DNA of 64,000 nt from Candidatus Bathyarchaeota archaeon. GTDB lineage: Archaea > Thermoproteota > Bathyarchaeia > Bathyarchaeales > Bathycorpusculaceae. The translations under genes and the position numbers were made by a program. Under the pieces are notes generated by a model. The model ran no database searches, was not told the origin of the DNA, and worked only from the letters and a program-made list of their open reading frames with translations. The DNA is taken from assembly GCA_963772455.1 (NCBI GenBank), contig CAVYXJ010000010.1:352001-416000 (forward strand). The letters are read 5' to 3'. How positions within the stretch are numbered: position 1 is the first letter of the stretch; each line of letters begins with the position of its first letter. This document shows, piece after piece, positions 20,784 to 31,389 of the stretch.

Positions 20784-23093
20784 TTTATGTATGAAAATTG
20801 TAAAGTGAATTTTGTTCCTTTTCCCAGTTCACTCTCAAAAGTTACAGTGCCATTCATTGCTTCAGTCATGCGTTTAACAACTGGTAAGCCGAAGCCTTGA
20901 CCTTTAGATTTTGTCGTCATCAAGGGGTGAAGAGTTTGCTTTGAACTTCTTTGGGTATTCCTTCTCCTGTGTCTTCAACGTCAATTTTGATTAGGTGCTT
21001 TTGACTGGTTGCACTTATCGTGAGGTTTCCGCCTTTAGGCATCGCTTGTACTGCATTTTGGATTAAGTTTACAAGAATGCGTTTTATCATCATTGAGTCA
21101 GCGGTGAATTGAGGTAAATTGTCTGCAGAAGGCATTGATACTTTGATGTTTTCAGGAACCGGAACGATTGCCAATGCTTCTTTGATGGTTTTTTCCAAAT
21201 CAATTTGTTCTTTCTTGGGGTCTAAGGGTCTGGCAAAATCTTGCAAATCCGCCACTATCTTGTTTATGTAAACTAAATTTTCTTCAATGCCTCGGATGCT
21301 CTCTAACAAGTTTTCTTTGGCTTCACCGTCTTGTAATGAGTCAACCTCTAATTTTTCTAAGTAAAGTTCACTAGTTATCGCTTGCAACGGGTTACGGATA
21401 TCATGACCAACCATGCCAGCAGTCTGACCAATAGCTGCCAAACGCTCGGCATCTTTGAGTTTTTTTGCCCTGTCTTCAGCTAACTCTTCCATTTGAGAAG
21501 CATACTCTTGGACTTCTGCAGCTTTTTCTTCAAGTTTCCCCTGTAGATCTTTTTGGTTGTAGAGGGATTTCGCTAGTTTAAGGTTAGCATAGCTTATTTT
21601 TGAAATCAACTCTGACAATCTAGAATAGAAAACCATTAGGTCCTGGATTTTTTCTCGGCTAAACCTTGGAATGCGATCAAACGCCTGCAAGGTACTCTTC
21701 TTTATTGAAACCGTATTTTTCTGCTTGGGCAACGAATAAAGCGCGGTCAACTTTTTCGTCTTCAAAGAAGAATTGTCCAAAGAAAACGTTAGCAACATGA
21801 TTGCCACCAATAAATAGAGGTGTAACTACATCCCACATGTTGTTTTTGCATTTGTAGAGGCGGATTTCGCCGTTTTTAAGTCCGCTTGTGAGTTCAATGT
21901 CGCTTTCAATACAGTTTTTGCAGGTATTAGGATTTACCCGGTGGAATTTGGTGCATATGTCTTGCCATCCGGTGCCTACAAGTACGTTTCCTTTCAGGTC
22001 AATTAATGCAAAACCCATTTTCGTAACCTCATAGAGGTTATTCATGGTTGCTTGCAGTTTAGGTACGTCTATTATGTTAGCTATGTCTTCTTCGGCTAAT
22101 TCTACATCAGGCGAAAGGACGGAATCTAATTTTAATTGCAGTCGTTCTTCACTTTCTCGCAGTTCCTCTTCGGTAGATTCCCGTTCAGTAATCTCTTGCT
22201 CTAATCGTTTATTGACGGTTGAAAGTTCTTGTGCGCGGTTTGCCAATGTGGTTTCGCTTTGTTTTAGGTTACGGAACAACAGTTCGTAGGGTTTAGTTAA
22301 GCCTGTTTCGAATTAGTGCTCTGTAGATGAAGTAGAAGGAGACAACGTTAAGCAGATGTCCAACCATGTTTGCGATGCCGTAAACGTCTGTGTAGAGCGT
22401 GAAGGCCATTTCTGTGGCAACTGCCAACGCCATAGCAGTTAACAGAAGTTTGTAGATGTTTGAGCTGAATTCTTTGCGTTTCTTAATTAAAATGCCGATT
22501 GATGCCAGAATTATTATTGAAATGGTGTATTCGCTGCCTATTTTAAAAAACGTCAAACTCGAAGTGTTGTTATCGTATGCAACTGGAAAATTTTGCCAAA
22601 CAAAAATTGAAACAAGAAGCAAAGCTGCAACTATACCGTAACCAACAATGATTATAGTTGGTTTAATTTTGCGTTGGGTAAATAGCAATGGAATTAGAAA
22701 TGAGAAACCAAGTACGTATCTTGTTGCGATCCAAAGTTGAGTTGCAAGGTTAGAACCTATAAAACTTGGAAAAATCCCCATTCCTTTGTAGGCTAAAGCA
22801 TGGAATACGTCCAGTCCAGCGACAAAGAGAAATGCTATGCCAATGAATACGAAATAGTTGTTGTCTACTAAGCGTCTGCTGTTCCATGCAATTGCAAAGA
22901 TGGCGAAGGCAATGACGATGCTGAAGATTTCTACGATGCCGTGGAAAAGTAGGTAGTTTTGTCGACTTAAAAAGTACAAGGCACCTAAACTTATTGCCCC
23001 AGCAGTGATGACGACAGCGTTCTTTATGTTGGCTGTTTTCTTTAGGTTCTTTGTTTCTATGGCGGCACCTAAACTTTGGTCTTCAGAAGACAT
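20756..23093 (-). CDS. MASE3-PocR sensor histidine kinase (three indels, near 22300, 21680 and 20922)
   Basis: MASE3 membrane domain (YLLFHGIVE, HALAYKGMG), PocR domain (GWQDICTKFHR..CIESD, YKCKNNMWD, GQFF), HisKA HDIRNPL, HATPase NAVQAM and DTGEGI. The tail continues in another frame as LMTTKSKGQGFGL...GKGTKF. Confidence 0.85.
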
Positions 23094-23227
23094 AGACTCT
23101 TTTATTCTCTCCCAATGGAAATTGTAATTGACTATTATTCGATTAAGTGGTTTAAAAATATGCCCAAAAACTTTGCAAAAAGTTGTCGCAAAAAATATCG
23201 TTAAAATCAGCTTAAACCGATTATGCC

Positions 23228-23996
23228 CTAATATTTCTTTAATAGTTTTTCGAAGAAGGCTTTGGACTTAGCAATTTCTTCCATGGACGTTTTATGTTCC
23301 AGTTCCAACGTAATTGGACCTTCGTAGCCGCAGTCATGCAGCTTTAGTGAGGAACCTTGTTAGTTCTGGAGTTTCCTGCGTGAATGGTTTATGCGCCTTG
23401 TTTGCCATGTGAACATTGCAAACGCGCTTGCCATATGCATCAAGCAAATTATCCATTTCTTTAGTTTCTAATGCATGGCATAAATCAAACGTAATTCCCA
23501 TCTCACCCTCTGGATCAATTACTCCGAGGACTTCTTCTAGCTGTTCAACGTTCTTGCCAAACCCAGTTGACGTATAAGATAAATTCTCTAAAGCCAACTT
23601 GATACCGAGGCTTTTTGCAAACGGTTTAATTTCATCAAAAACTTCCCTCAAACACTTTTCCCTGACTTGTCTGGGCAACTTCTTTGAAACATTCGAATGA
23701 ACAGTCATAAGCGGAGCATGGAGTGCGCGGGCACATTCAAGCGAGATTTTGCCATAATAAACCGCCTGATGAACCTCAATAGGATCTTTCACATGCATAA
23801 CCGCTGAATGAAGCGTTAAACAATTCAAGCCTGAAGCTGCCAACGCTTTTTGTTCACGATAAACATCCGTGTCATGTTCTTTCTTGATTGATTTCATGTT
23901 AAACTCAATGTTTTGAAAACCAAGTTGCTTAACGGCAGCAAAGTTTCCATCTAAACGCAGCTTGCAGAAAATCCCATTTGACAAACTCAGTTTCAT
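23228..23996 (-). CDS. Sugar phosphate isomerase/epimerase (xylose-isomerase-like TIM barrel); indel near 23343
   Basis: GFQNIE, LALEN, FDLCH, VH. The tail continues as LHDCGYEGPITLE...KKY* after a 1-nt shift. Confidence 0.8.
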
Positions 23997-24179
23997 ATAG
24001 TAAGTCTTCTCTGCTATTTTAGTTGCATTTTAGTTCATTTAAAAGTTGTTGGTAGAAAAAATTTTTTCTGATTCCTATTCTTCTTGGTTAGCAAAGCTTG
24101 ATGGATTCGACCTGTATCTACATTTGGTTGCATAATAGTTAATTTCTTCAACATCTAATATCCTGTTGGTGTCGAAATA

Positions 24180-24473
24180 GTGGAAGTTAAAGTTCGTTTC
24201 TTCACTAACCTTCGAGAAATCGTGAATAAAGAGAAGAAACTTTAAAGTTTCCAGACGACGAAAAAGTTACAGTCGATCTGGTTCTTGAAAACACTTTCTA
24301 AAAAATACGGCAAACCTTTCACTGAATATGTCTACAATGCGAAACGGGGCAGCCTAAAAATTTTCTTCAATTTCTCGTTAACGGAACAAGCACCTCAACA
24401 CTCAAAGGTTTAGAAACTGATGCTTAAGGATGCAGCTGTTTTGGCTATTCTTCCACCTGTCGGCGGTGGCTAA
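24180..24473 (+). CDS. MoaD/ThiS/SAMP ubiquitin-like protein (several indels)
   Basis: VEVKVRFFTNLRE ... FLVNG ... LAILPPVGGG*, with a C-terminal di-Gly; missing from the ORF track because of frameshifts. Confidence 0.85.
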
Positions 24474-24667
24474 AGAAATTGTATCTTCCGCGAAACTATT
24501 GTCCCTCATCAAACATATCTCGTGAATTAATTTTTCACAATTTTTTTGGAAAAATTTATCTCAGTGCTTTGTCCTGCAAATTCTTTAATCATGGAATAAT
24601 TTAAAATAACTCCTCTTGTTTATATCAAAGAAACACATAAGAAAAGACGCAAGGAAGAAAATAAGAC

Positions 24668-24868
24668 ATGAGCGAAGAAGGCGACACATTCTGGGTTTCA
24701 CTAACTGAAAGAATCTTTGGATTACTCCTCATAGTAATTGGTGCAGTAATGCTTTATTACACCGCAACAAGCCCCGATCTGGGACCATTTGGTGTTCTCT
24801 TTGGCGCTCTAAGCGTTATTCTAATGCTTTTGGGCATTTTCCTGCTTATTGTCAAACCGCCAAAATAG
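24668..24868 (+). CDS. Small two-TM membrane protein
   Basis: Two hydrophobic segments; clean ATG ORF. Confidence 0.7.
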   Translation: MSEEGDTFWVSLTERIFGLLLIVIGAVMLYYTATSPDLGPFGVLFGALSVILMLLGIFLLIVKPPK

Positions 24869-24876
24869 ACTTGCTT

Positions 24877-25194
24877 CTATTCTCTTCTTTCAACAATAAT
24901 TTTGCAATTAGTAACTAAAGCAGCTATTACGCCTAAAGCTGCTAACCAAGGAGCCACAACCGCGCCAACAACCCCCAGGGTTGCAGGAATTTCTAGCAAA
25001 GTTTTTCCTGCTTCATCTTTTACAATCACTCGCGTTACGTTTCCTTCATGTAGCAACTCTCTAACACGATCAACAAGGTTATTGCCAGAAACCGTGAATT
25101 CTTCACTTGTAAATTTGGGCACAGCAGTTCCGCAAACCGCACAAAACTTGTCGCCTTCCTTTAATGGAGCTCCACATTTAACGCAATAAGGCAA
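24877..25194 (-). CDS. Zinc-ribbon plus DUF4342 protein
   Basis: CVKCG..FCAVCG followed by LLHEGNVTRVIVK..LLEIP. Confidence 0.82.
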   Translation of the reverse strand: MPYCVKCGAPLKEGDKFCAVCGTAVPKFTSEEFTVSGNNLVDRVRELLHEGNVTRVIVKDEAGKTLLEIPATLGVVGAVVAPWLAALGVIAALVTNCKIIVERRE

Positions 25195-25354
25195 AATAAT
25201 TCACCAAATAAAAAAACACGACAGAAAATAAAAACTTTCCTTTATAGAGCAAAAACTATACAAACAAGGTATAACAAACATAAAATTGAATTACTGTTAA
25301 TCAGTACTCACATAATATCGGACAATCATTAATTGTGAAAGGAGAAAATTTGAG

Positions 25355-27139
25355 ATGCCCACGCGCCAACCAATAGTCTGTGTTCTCGGACATGTAGATA
25401 CAGGCAAAACCTCGCTTCTTGACGAACTGAGAAAAACAAATGTTCAAGGACGCGAAGCAGGAGGAATGACCCAGCACATAGGCGCAAGTTACTTTCCTGT
25501 TGAAACCCTAAAACAACTAATCGGTCCCTACATGTCTACCTTTAAAACCGGAATAGAAATTCCAGGTTTACTTATAGTTGATACTCCCGGACACGAAGCC
25601 TTCACGAATTTGAGACGCAGAGGCGGGAGCGTTGCTGACATTGCAATTCTCGTAGTAGATATTTTGAAGGGTTTTGAAGCTCAAACCTTCGAGTGCATAG
25701 AAATTCTAAAGGCACGTAAAACACCTTTTATCGTAGCAGTCAACAAAATCGACCGCATACCTGGCTGGAAAGCTCATCCATCAACTCCCTTCCTAAAATC
25801 CTACGAACAACAAAGCAGTTTTGTTCAAGAAGACTTCAACAATCGCCTCTACCAAGTCATGGGAGAATTCTCACGGTTAAGCTTCAAAACCGACAGATTT
25901 GACCACATCCGAGACTTCACCCAAAACCTTGCTTTAGTGCCAACAAGCGCAAAAACAGGAGAAGGCTTATCTGAATTAATCATGGTTTTAGTCGGGTTAA
26001 CTCAACAATTTCTAAAAGTACGTTTACAGACCACAGATGGAGCGGCGAAAGGCTCTGTGCTGGAAGTTAAAGATGAACAAGGCTTAGGCTTAACTCTCAA
26101 CGCTATCATCTATGACGGTACCCTGCATAGAGACGATTTAATCGTTGTTGGTGGACGTGATGGTCCAATTTCGGCGCGTGTTCGAGGGATTTTGGTGCCA
26201 AAACCATTAGATGAGATGCGTGATCCTCGTGATAAATTTACAAGTGTTGAATGCGTTTACGCCTCGGCAGGTGTTAAGATTGTTGCACCTGACTTAGCAG
26301 GTGCGTTAGCTGGTGCACCCTTATTTGCTGTGCCCACTGGCGAAGATCCAGCAAAATACTGCAAACTAATCACAGAGGAAATAGGACGAATCAGAATTAC
26401 AAAGGAAATTGCAGGCGTCATCGTAAAAGCAGACACTTTAGGTTCCTTGGAAGCAATGGCCGAAATTCTCAAAGCCCATAATGTACAGGTACGCATAGCC
26501 GACATCGGAGATATCAGCAAACGCGACGTCATAGAGGCATCTGTAGTAAAGACACATGAACCTTTAGTTGGGGCAATTTTGGCTTTTGGAGTAAAAACCT
26601 TACCCGACGCAGAAACAGAAGCCGCCGCCACCAACGTTCCAATCTTTAAAGAACCCATCATTTACAACTTAATTGACAAATACTTAGCATGGGTCAAGGA
26701 TAAACGTGAATCGAAAAACGAACAGGAATTCGATGCACTCGTTAAACCTGGAAAACTCATGGTTTTGCCCAACTGCATTTTCCGCCGTGCCAAACCAGCG
26801 ATATTCGGAGTAGAAATTTTAGCTGGACGCATAAAACCCAGAATTGCTCTTATGCGTGCAGAAGACCACTCTGATTTAGGTGAATTGCAACAAATCCAGG
26901 ATAAAGGCAAAGCCATCGGAGAAGCCAAAGTAGGCGCTGAAGTGGCAGTTTCAATGGATAAACCTATTGCGGGCAGACACATATTTGAGAAGGATATTCT
27001 GTACGTAAAAGTGCCTGAAGATGACGCTAAAAAATTGCTAACTGAACACATGGACGATTTAACCAGTGATGAACAAGAGCTTCTCAAAGAATTCATTGCT
27101 TTCATGCGCAAAAAGACATTGTTCTGGGCAGGCGTTTAA
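25355..27139 (+). CDS. infB: Translation initiation factor aIF5B (IF-2)
   Basis: GHVDTGKT, TQHIGA, DTPGH, NKID, KADTLGSLEA; no intein. Confidence 0.97.
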   Translation: MPTRQPIVCVLGHVDTGKTSLLDELRKTNVQGREAGGMTQHIGASYFPVETLKQLIGPYMSTFKTGIEIPGLLIVDTPGHEAFTNLRRRGGSVADIAILVVDILKGFEAQTFECIEILKARKTPFIVAVNKIDRIPGWKAHPSTPFLKSYEQQSSFVQEDFNNRLYQVMGEFSRLSFKTDRFDHIRDFTQNLALVPTSAKTGEGLSELIMVLVGLTQQFLKVRLQTTDGAAKGSVLEVKDEQGLGLTLNAIIYDGTLHRDDLIVVGGRDGPISARVRGILVPKPLDEMRDPRDKFTSVECVYASAGVKIVAPDLAGALAGAPLFAVPTGEDPAKYCKLITEEIGRIRITKEIAGVIVKADTLGSLEAMAEILKAHNVQVRIADIGDISKRDVIEASVVKTHEPLVGAILAFGVKTLPDAETEAAATNVPIFKEPIIYNLIDKYLAWVKDKRESKNEQEFDALVKPGKLMVLPNCIFRRAKPAIFGVEILAGRIKPRIALMRAEDHSDLGELQQIQDKGKAIGEAKVGAEVAVSMDKPIAGRHIFEKDILYVKVPEDDAKKLLTEHMDDLTSDEQELLKEFIAFMRKKTLFWAGV

Positions 27140-27194
27140 CGCCCAACATATTCTTGTCAAATCCTAAGCTTTCATTTCGTTGCCGAACTTCTTT

Positions 27195-28259
27195 TTAACC
27201 GATTAATTTCTTTATTATAGGCACTCTTCTTAAGGGAAGAATCACTCCAAGACAAATAAGAAGAGTAACTATCGAGATCAAAGGAACTTCTATAATGGAA
27301 TTCAAGTTGTTTCCGCTGATTGTGAAACCCCATAAGTAACCTCGTTGCAGCGTTTCAAGTACAATCACATGGAATAGGAAGATTGCTAACGTGCTTTGGC
27401 TAATTTGTTTAATAATCCAATTGATTTTTGATTCATGTGTCTCTGTTTTGTTTATTGGAGCTTTAATTGTGTTTAAGAGTAGGAAAAACGCTGCCGACGC
27501 TAAAATCATTGTTGGGCTAAAGTAATCATGAAAATAATATGTGTTTGGTCCTCCAACAGTGGCGGCTATAACATAGGTGCCGACTAAAGTCAACACTAAT
27601 CCAAGAGTTGTAAGACCCAATAGAATACGGCGTTGTACCTTAACATTCATGAGGAATACTCCAAGCATAAAATATCCAACCCACAAAGGAAGCGAAAGCA
27701 AGTTACCATCTACATAGAATGCTCCAAAAAGACCTGGAATTGGAATGATGAAGGCTGTTAAGAGCCACACCACAAGAAAATACTTGAAAGTTTGCCGATC
27801 AATATGAGCCACAACTATGCGCAGAATTGGGGTCAATAAGTACAAACCCACAATCATGTAAAGATACCAAAAATGGTAATACGGACCCGACAATATTCCT
27901 TGAAAAACGAAGCTTGATGTAAGCGCAAGATTGTCAGCATAATAGTCCCAAGCAAAATATATGACGCCCCAAAACAAGAAAGGTAAACCAATCCGATTCC
28001 ACCGCTTCCTAAAAAAAACACTTAACGACTCAATCTTTGAAGGTTGAAGCAGCAGAGCACCTGTTAACATAACAAATAAAGGAACTCCCGTTCGCCCTAA
28101 AGTCTGGTAAACATTAACCATCCACCAGCGATAAATTTCAGTCTGATTCATAACTTGAGGAACAATTGCTTCATTTGCAGCATGGAGAGTAATAACGCCA
28201 ATGATGGCTATTGCACGAATTAGGTCTGCAGGTACAGCTCGAATTCGCTCTTGAATCAG
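27195..28259 (-). CDS. Acyltransferase-3 family membrane protein; probable CTG start
   Basis: The in-frame upstream extension contains DLIRAIAIIGVITLH (conserved R...H of TM1). Also VPLFVMLTG, HFWYL, IFLFH. Confidence 0.88.
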   Translation of the reverse strand: MIQERIRAVPADLIRAIAIIGVITLHAANEAIVPQVMNQTEIYRWWMVNVYQTLGRTGVPLFVMLTGALLLQPSKIESLSVFFRKRWNRIGLPFLFWGVIYFAWDYYADNLALTSSFVFQGILSGPYYHFWYLYMIVGLYLLTPILRIVVAHIDRQTFKYFLVVWLLTAFIIPIPGLFGAFYVDGNLLSLPLWVGYFMLGVFLMNVKVQRRILLGLTTLGLVLTLVGTYVIAATVGGPNTYYFHDYFSPTMILASAAFFLLLNTIKAPINKTETHESKINWIIKQISQSTLAIFLFHVIVLETLQRGYLWGFTISGNNLNSIIEVPLISIVTLLICLGVILPLRRVPIIKKLIG

Positions 28260-28387
28260 ATTAATCCACTCTTACCCAATCCTTCTTTGAAGGCATTATA
28301 GGCTAATAAGATTTAACTTACAAAACACAGAAAAATTATTTTTTAGGATTTGAAAAATGTTGCACAATATGTTTAAAGTGGATTTTT

Positions 28388-29038
28388 TCAAATTATTGCC
28401 TTGTAAATTTCGTTAGCAATCAATATTGCGCCCTGCTCATCTGGATGGACTCCGTCACGGAACAATTCAGAATAATTAGCCAAAGCTGAGTATACATCTA
28501 TTATCGGCAAATTAGTTTGATTTGCTACCTGTTCAATTTGAGGAATTACATAGTTTGTGAAGTATTCAGCACTTGGAGTTGTTCCATTGCAAAAAATCGG
28601 CGGCGGCTTCACAAGATAAATCTTCGGCTTACTGGAAAGTGATTGGAATTCCTCAACCAACTTTACATAGTCTTTTACAAAACTTTCATTGTTTGTTCGG
28701 ATAAGTGGGTTAGCGTCGTTTGTTCCCAACATAATAATGACAATATTTGGCTTGAATTCTTTTGCTTCTTGAAATTCGCTATTATTGACGTAGGGATTCC
28801 AAGAATCAAGTGAAGCTGTAGACCCTCCAACACCAAAGGTCCCAACCGTATAGTTTGCGCTGCCAAGTAACATCCAAAGGTCTCCCGGGTACTGAGTTCC
28901 TCCAGTGATGCTATCGCCCACACAGGCAACTCGAATTTTATCTTTATCTCCTGTAGATAACATGTAAAACGTCGTTGCTCCTGACAATAAAGCCAGAATT
29001 ATTAATGCAATTGCCAACAACATTAATTTCTTATTCAT
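28388..29038 (-). CDS. SGNH/GDSL hydrolase with N-terminal membrane anchor
   Basis: GDSIT, G, GTND and DGVHP blocks; hydrophobic N-terminus. Confidence 0.92.
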   Translation of the reverse strand: MNKKLMLLAIALIILALLSGATTFYMLSTGDKDKIRVACVGDSITGGTQYPGDLWMLLGSANYTVGTFGVGGSTASLDSWNPYVNNSEFQEAKEFKPNIVIIMLGTNDANPLIRTNNESFVKDYVKLVEEFQSLSSKPKIYLVKPPPIFCNGTTPSAEYFTNYVIPQIEQVANQTNLPIIDVYSALANYSELFRDGVHPDEQGAILIANEIYKAII

Positions 29039-29263
29039 TTTCTTTCTCGTTAAACTAAATACTATTTTTTTATCCCATTAATCTGTTGTGGATTTACGAA
29101 GAATTAATAACAGACATCGAACCAAGCAGAAAAACAAAGATTTTGATAATTTGCTATCATTAAGGTCAAACAACAATCAAAGAGATCTTTTACAATAAAA
29201 CTTTAAATTGTGCAAGACTCAGAGAAAAGGTGCAAACCAGACATTAAAAACTGGTTTTTGTTT

Positions 29264-29373
29264 GCCGAGGTATCCTAGCCAGGCAGGGAGCAAGCCTGGA
29301 GATTCCCTTTGGGGAACCACATAGCTTGTGGCCTTTCGGGGCCGCGGGGGTTCAAATCCCCCTCTCGGCGCCA
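29264..29373 (+). tRNA. tRNA-Ser(GGA) with a 21-nt intron at 37/38 (29302-29322); CCA encoded
   Basis: Acceptor GCCGAGG/TCTCGGC, anticodon stem CAAGC/GCTTG, long variable arm, GGGGG-TTCAAAT-CCCCC T-arm. The intron forms a relaxed BHB (TGG/CCA, TTCCC/GGGAA). Confidence 0.93.
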
Positions 29374-29618
29374 TTTTTTATGGTTGTTTTTAAGGCTATT
29401 CTAGCTAATAGCTGCTATTTTTGCTTATTTGGCAATACCTCTAAAATCAAGCTTTATTCGTTGCGAATTTTTACTGGTGAGAAAATTAGGTATTTTAATT
29501 AATTATAGACCTGCCGAATGCAATTTAAGATTAGTAAATGCTTGACATTTATTGGCACGGCGTTTTCATGGCTTCGATATTGTCTACGAAAGCTATTTAC
29601 GTTAAAACAATTAAGTGA

Positions 29619-31298
29619 ATGAGTAGGTGCATTATTGTGAGTCAAATGTTTTGTTTTCAGTGTGAGCAGACTGCACAGGGAAAGGGCTGCACAGCTTTTG
29701 GTGTTTGTGGAAAAAATCCTGAGGTCGCCGCGCTTCAGGACTTGTTGGTCTACTTGCTTAGAGGGTTATCTCAGTTATCAATAGAAGGGCGAAAAATTAG
29801 CGTCAAAGATGAGCAATTAAACCTGTTCATCTGCGAGTCAGCCTTCGCCACATTAACAAATGTGAACTTCGACCCGGACACATTAATCGAATACATAGTC
29901 AAGGCAGCGAGACTTCGTGATACCTTACGTGAAAAGGTGCGATCAGGCGGGGGCTATGTAGAACTTCATGGACCAGTTGATATGCTCCTTGAAAAGACGT
30001 CGGAAGGATTAATTAGACAGGGAAAACAGGTTGGGGTGAATGCTGATCCCTCAATAGACCCTGACTTGAATGGGCTTCACTGGCTCTTAATCTACGGATT
30101 AAAAGGAGTATCAGCCTACGCTTATCATGCCTACCTTTTTGGAAAAAAAGATGACAGCGTTTTCGAGTTTATTCAGCAAGGTCTTGCAGCGACGCTGGAC
30201 AAGTCTTTGGGCGTTAATGACTTTTTAGGTCTCGCTTTGAAATGTGGTGAAGTCAACATCCGAGCAATGGAGCTTTTGGATGCTGGAAATACTGAAACCT
30301 ATGGTCATCCTGTGCCAACTAAGGTTCCGCTTGGACATAAGAAAGGCAAAGCTATCCTTCTTTCAGGCCATGACCTTATTGATTTGGAACAGATGTTGAT
30401 ACAAACCCAGGGAAAAGACATTACGGTCTATAGTCATGGAGAAATGTTGCCTTCACACGGATACCCAGAGCTAAAGAAATACCCCAACTTCTACGGACAC
30501 TACGGAACTGCATGGCAAAACCAGCAAAAAGAATTTGCCGCTTTTCCTGGTGCCATATTGATGACTACTAACTGCATTCAAAGACCTATCGAAAGCTACA
30601 GGGGAAACATTTTCACTTCAGGACCAGTCGGCTACCCAGGTGTACCACATATATCCGGAAAAGACTTCTCAGCAGTGATTAACAAAGCCCTAGAACTACC
30701 AGGCTTCCCCGAAGACATTGAAGGCAAAACCGTCCTCGTAGGTTTTGGCAGAAATGCTGTGCTTTCATTGGCGGATAAGATAGTAGACTCAGTAATGAAT
30801 GGGCATATTAACTCCTTCTTCCTCGTAGCCGGCTGCGATGGCGCTAAACCTGGACGCAACTACTATACCGAGTTTGTTGAAAAATCGCCAAAAGACTCTA
30901 TCATTCTGACTCTGGCATGTGGAAAATTCCGGTTCTTCGACAAAGACATAGGCGAAATCGACGGTATCCCCCGATTACTGGATATAGGACAATGCAACGA
31001 CTCTTATTCAGCTGTTAAAATAGCCCAAGCCTTTGCCGATATCTTCAAATGTGGGATAAACGAATTGCCGTTGTTCTTCATACTTTCATGGTATGAACAA
31101 AAGGCTGTAGCCATTCTGCTGTCTCTTTTCCACTTAGGCGTGAAAAACATTCGCTTAGGACCAAGTTTTCCAGCATTTATCACCCCAAACATTCTCAAAA
31201 TACTTGTCGAAAAATTCAACATAATGCCTATAAAAACTCCAGAAGAAGACCTAAAAACAATTATCGATTATGTCAATGGGGTTTCTGTCAAAGCATGA
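29619..31298 (+). CDS. hcp: Hydroxylamine reductase (hybrid cluster protein)
   Basis: MFCFQCEQT..GC...GVCGK, SGHDL, HGEML, TTNC, GCDG, ACGK, GQCND, SWYEQK. Start may be at 29646. Confidence 0.96.
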   Translation: MSRCIIVSQMFCFQCEQTAQGKGCTAFGVCGKNPEVAALQDLLVYLLRGLSQLSIEGRKISVKDEQLNLFICESAFATLTNVNFDPDTLIEYIVKAARLRDTLREKVRSGGGYVELHGPVDMLLEKTSEGLIRQGKQVGVNADPSIDPDLNGLHWLLIYGLKGVSAYAYHAYLFGKKDDSVFEFIQQGLAATLDKSLGVNDFLGLALKCGEVNIRAMELLDAGNTETYGHPVPTKVPLGHKKGKAILLSGHDLIDLEQMLIQTQGKDITVYSHGEMLPSHGYPELKKYPNFYGHYGTAWQNQQKEFAAFPGAILMTTNCIQRPIESYRGNIFTSGPVGYPGVPHISGKDFSAVINKALELPGFPEDIEGKTVLVGFGRNAVLSLADKIVDSVMNGHINSFFLVAGCDGAKPGRNYYTEFVEKSPKDSIILTLACGKFRFFDKDIGEIDGIPRLLDIGQCNDSYSAVKIAQAFADIFKCGINELPLFFILSWYEQKAVAILLSLFHLGVKNIRLGPSFPAFITPNILKILVEKFNIMPIKTPEEDLKTIIDYVNGVSVKA

Positions 31299-31389
31299 AT
31301 ACTATAGTGAGCTAAAGACTGACGAGGTCTGTTAAAGTCCCTACTTTTCATATTGATTACTGGATTAACGGTAGCATTAAAAGTGTCTT

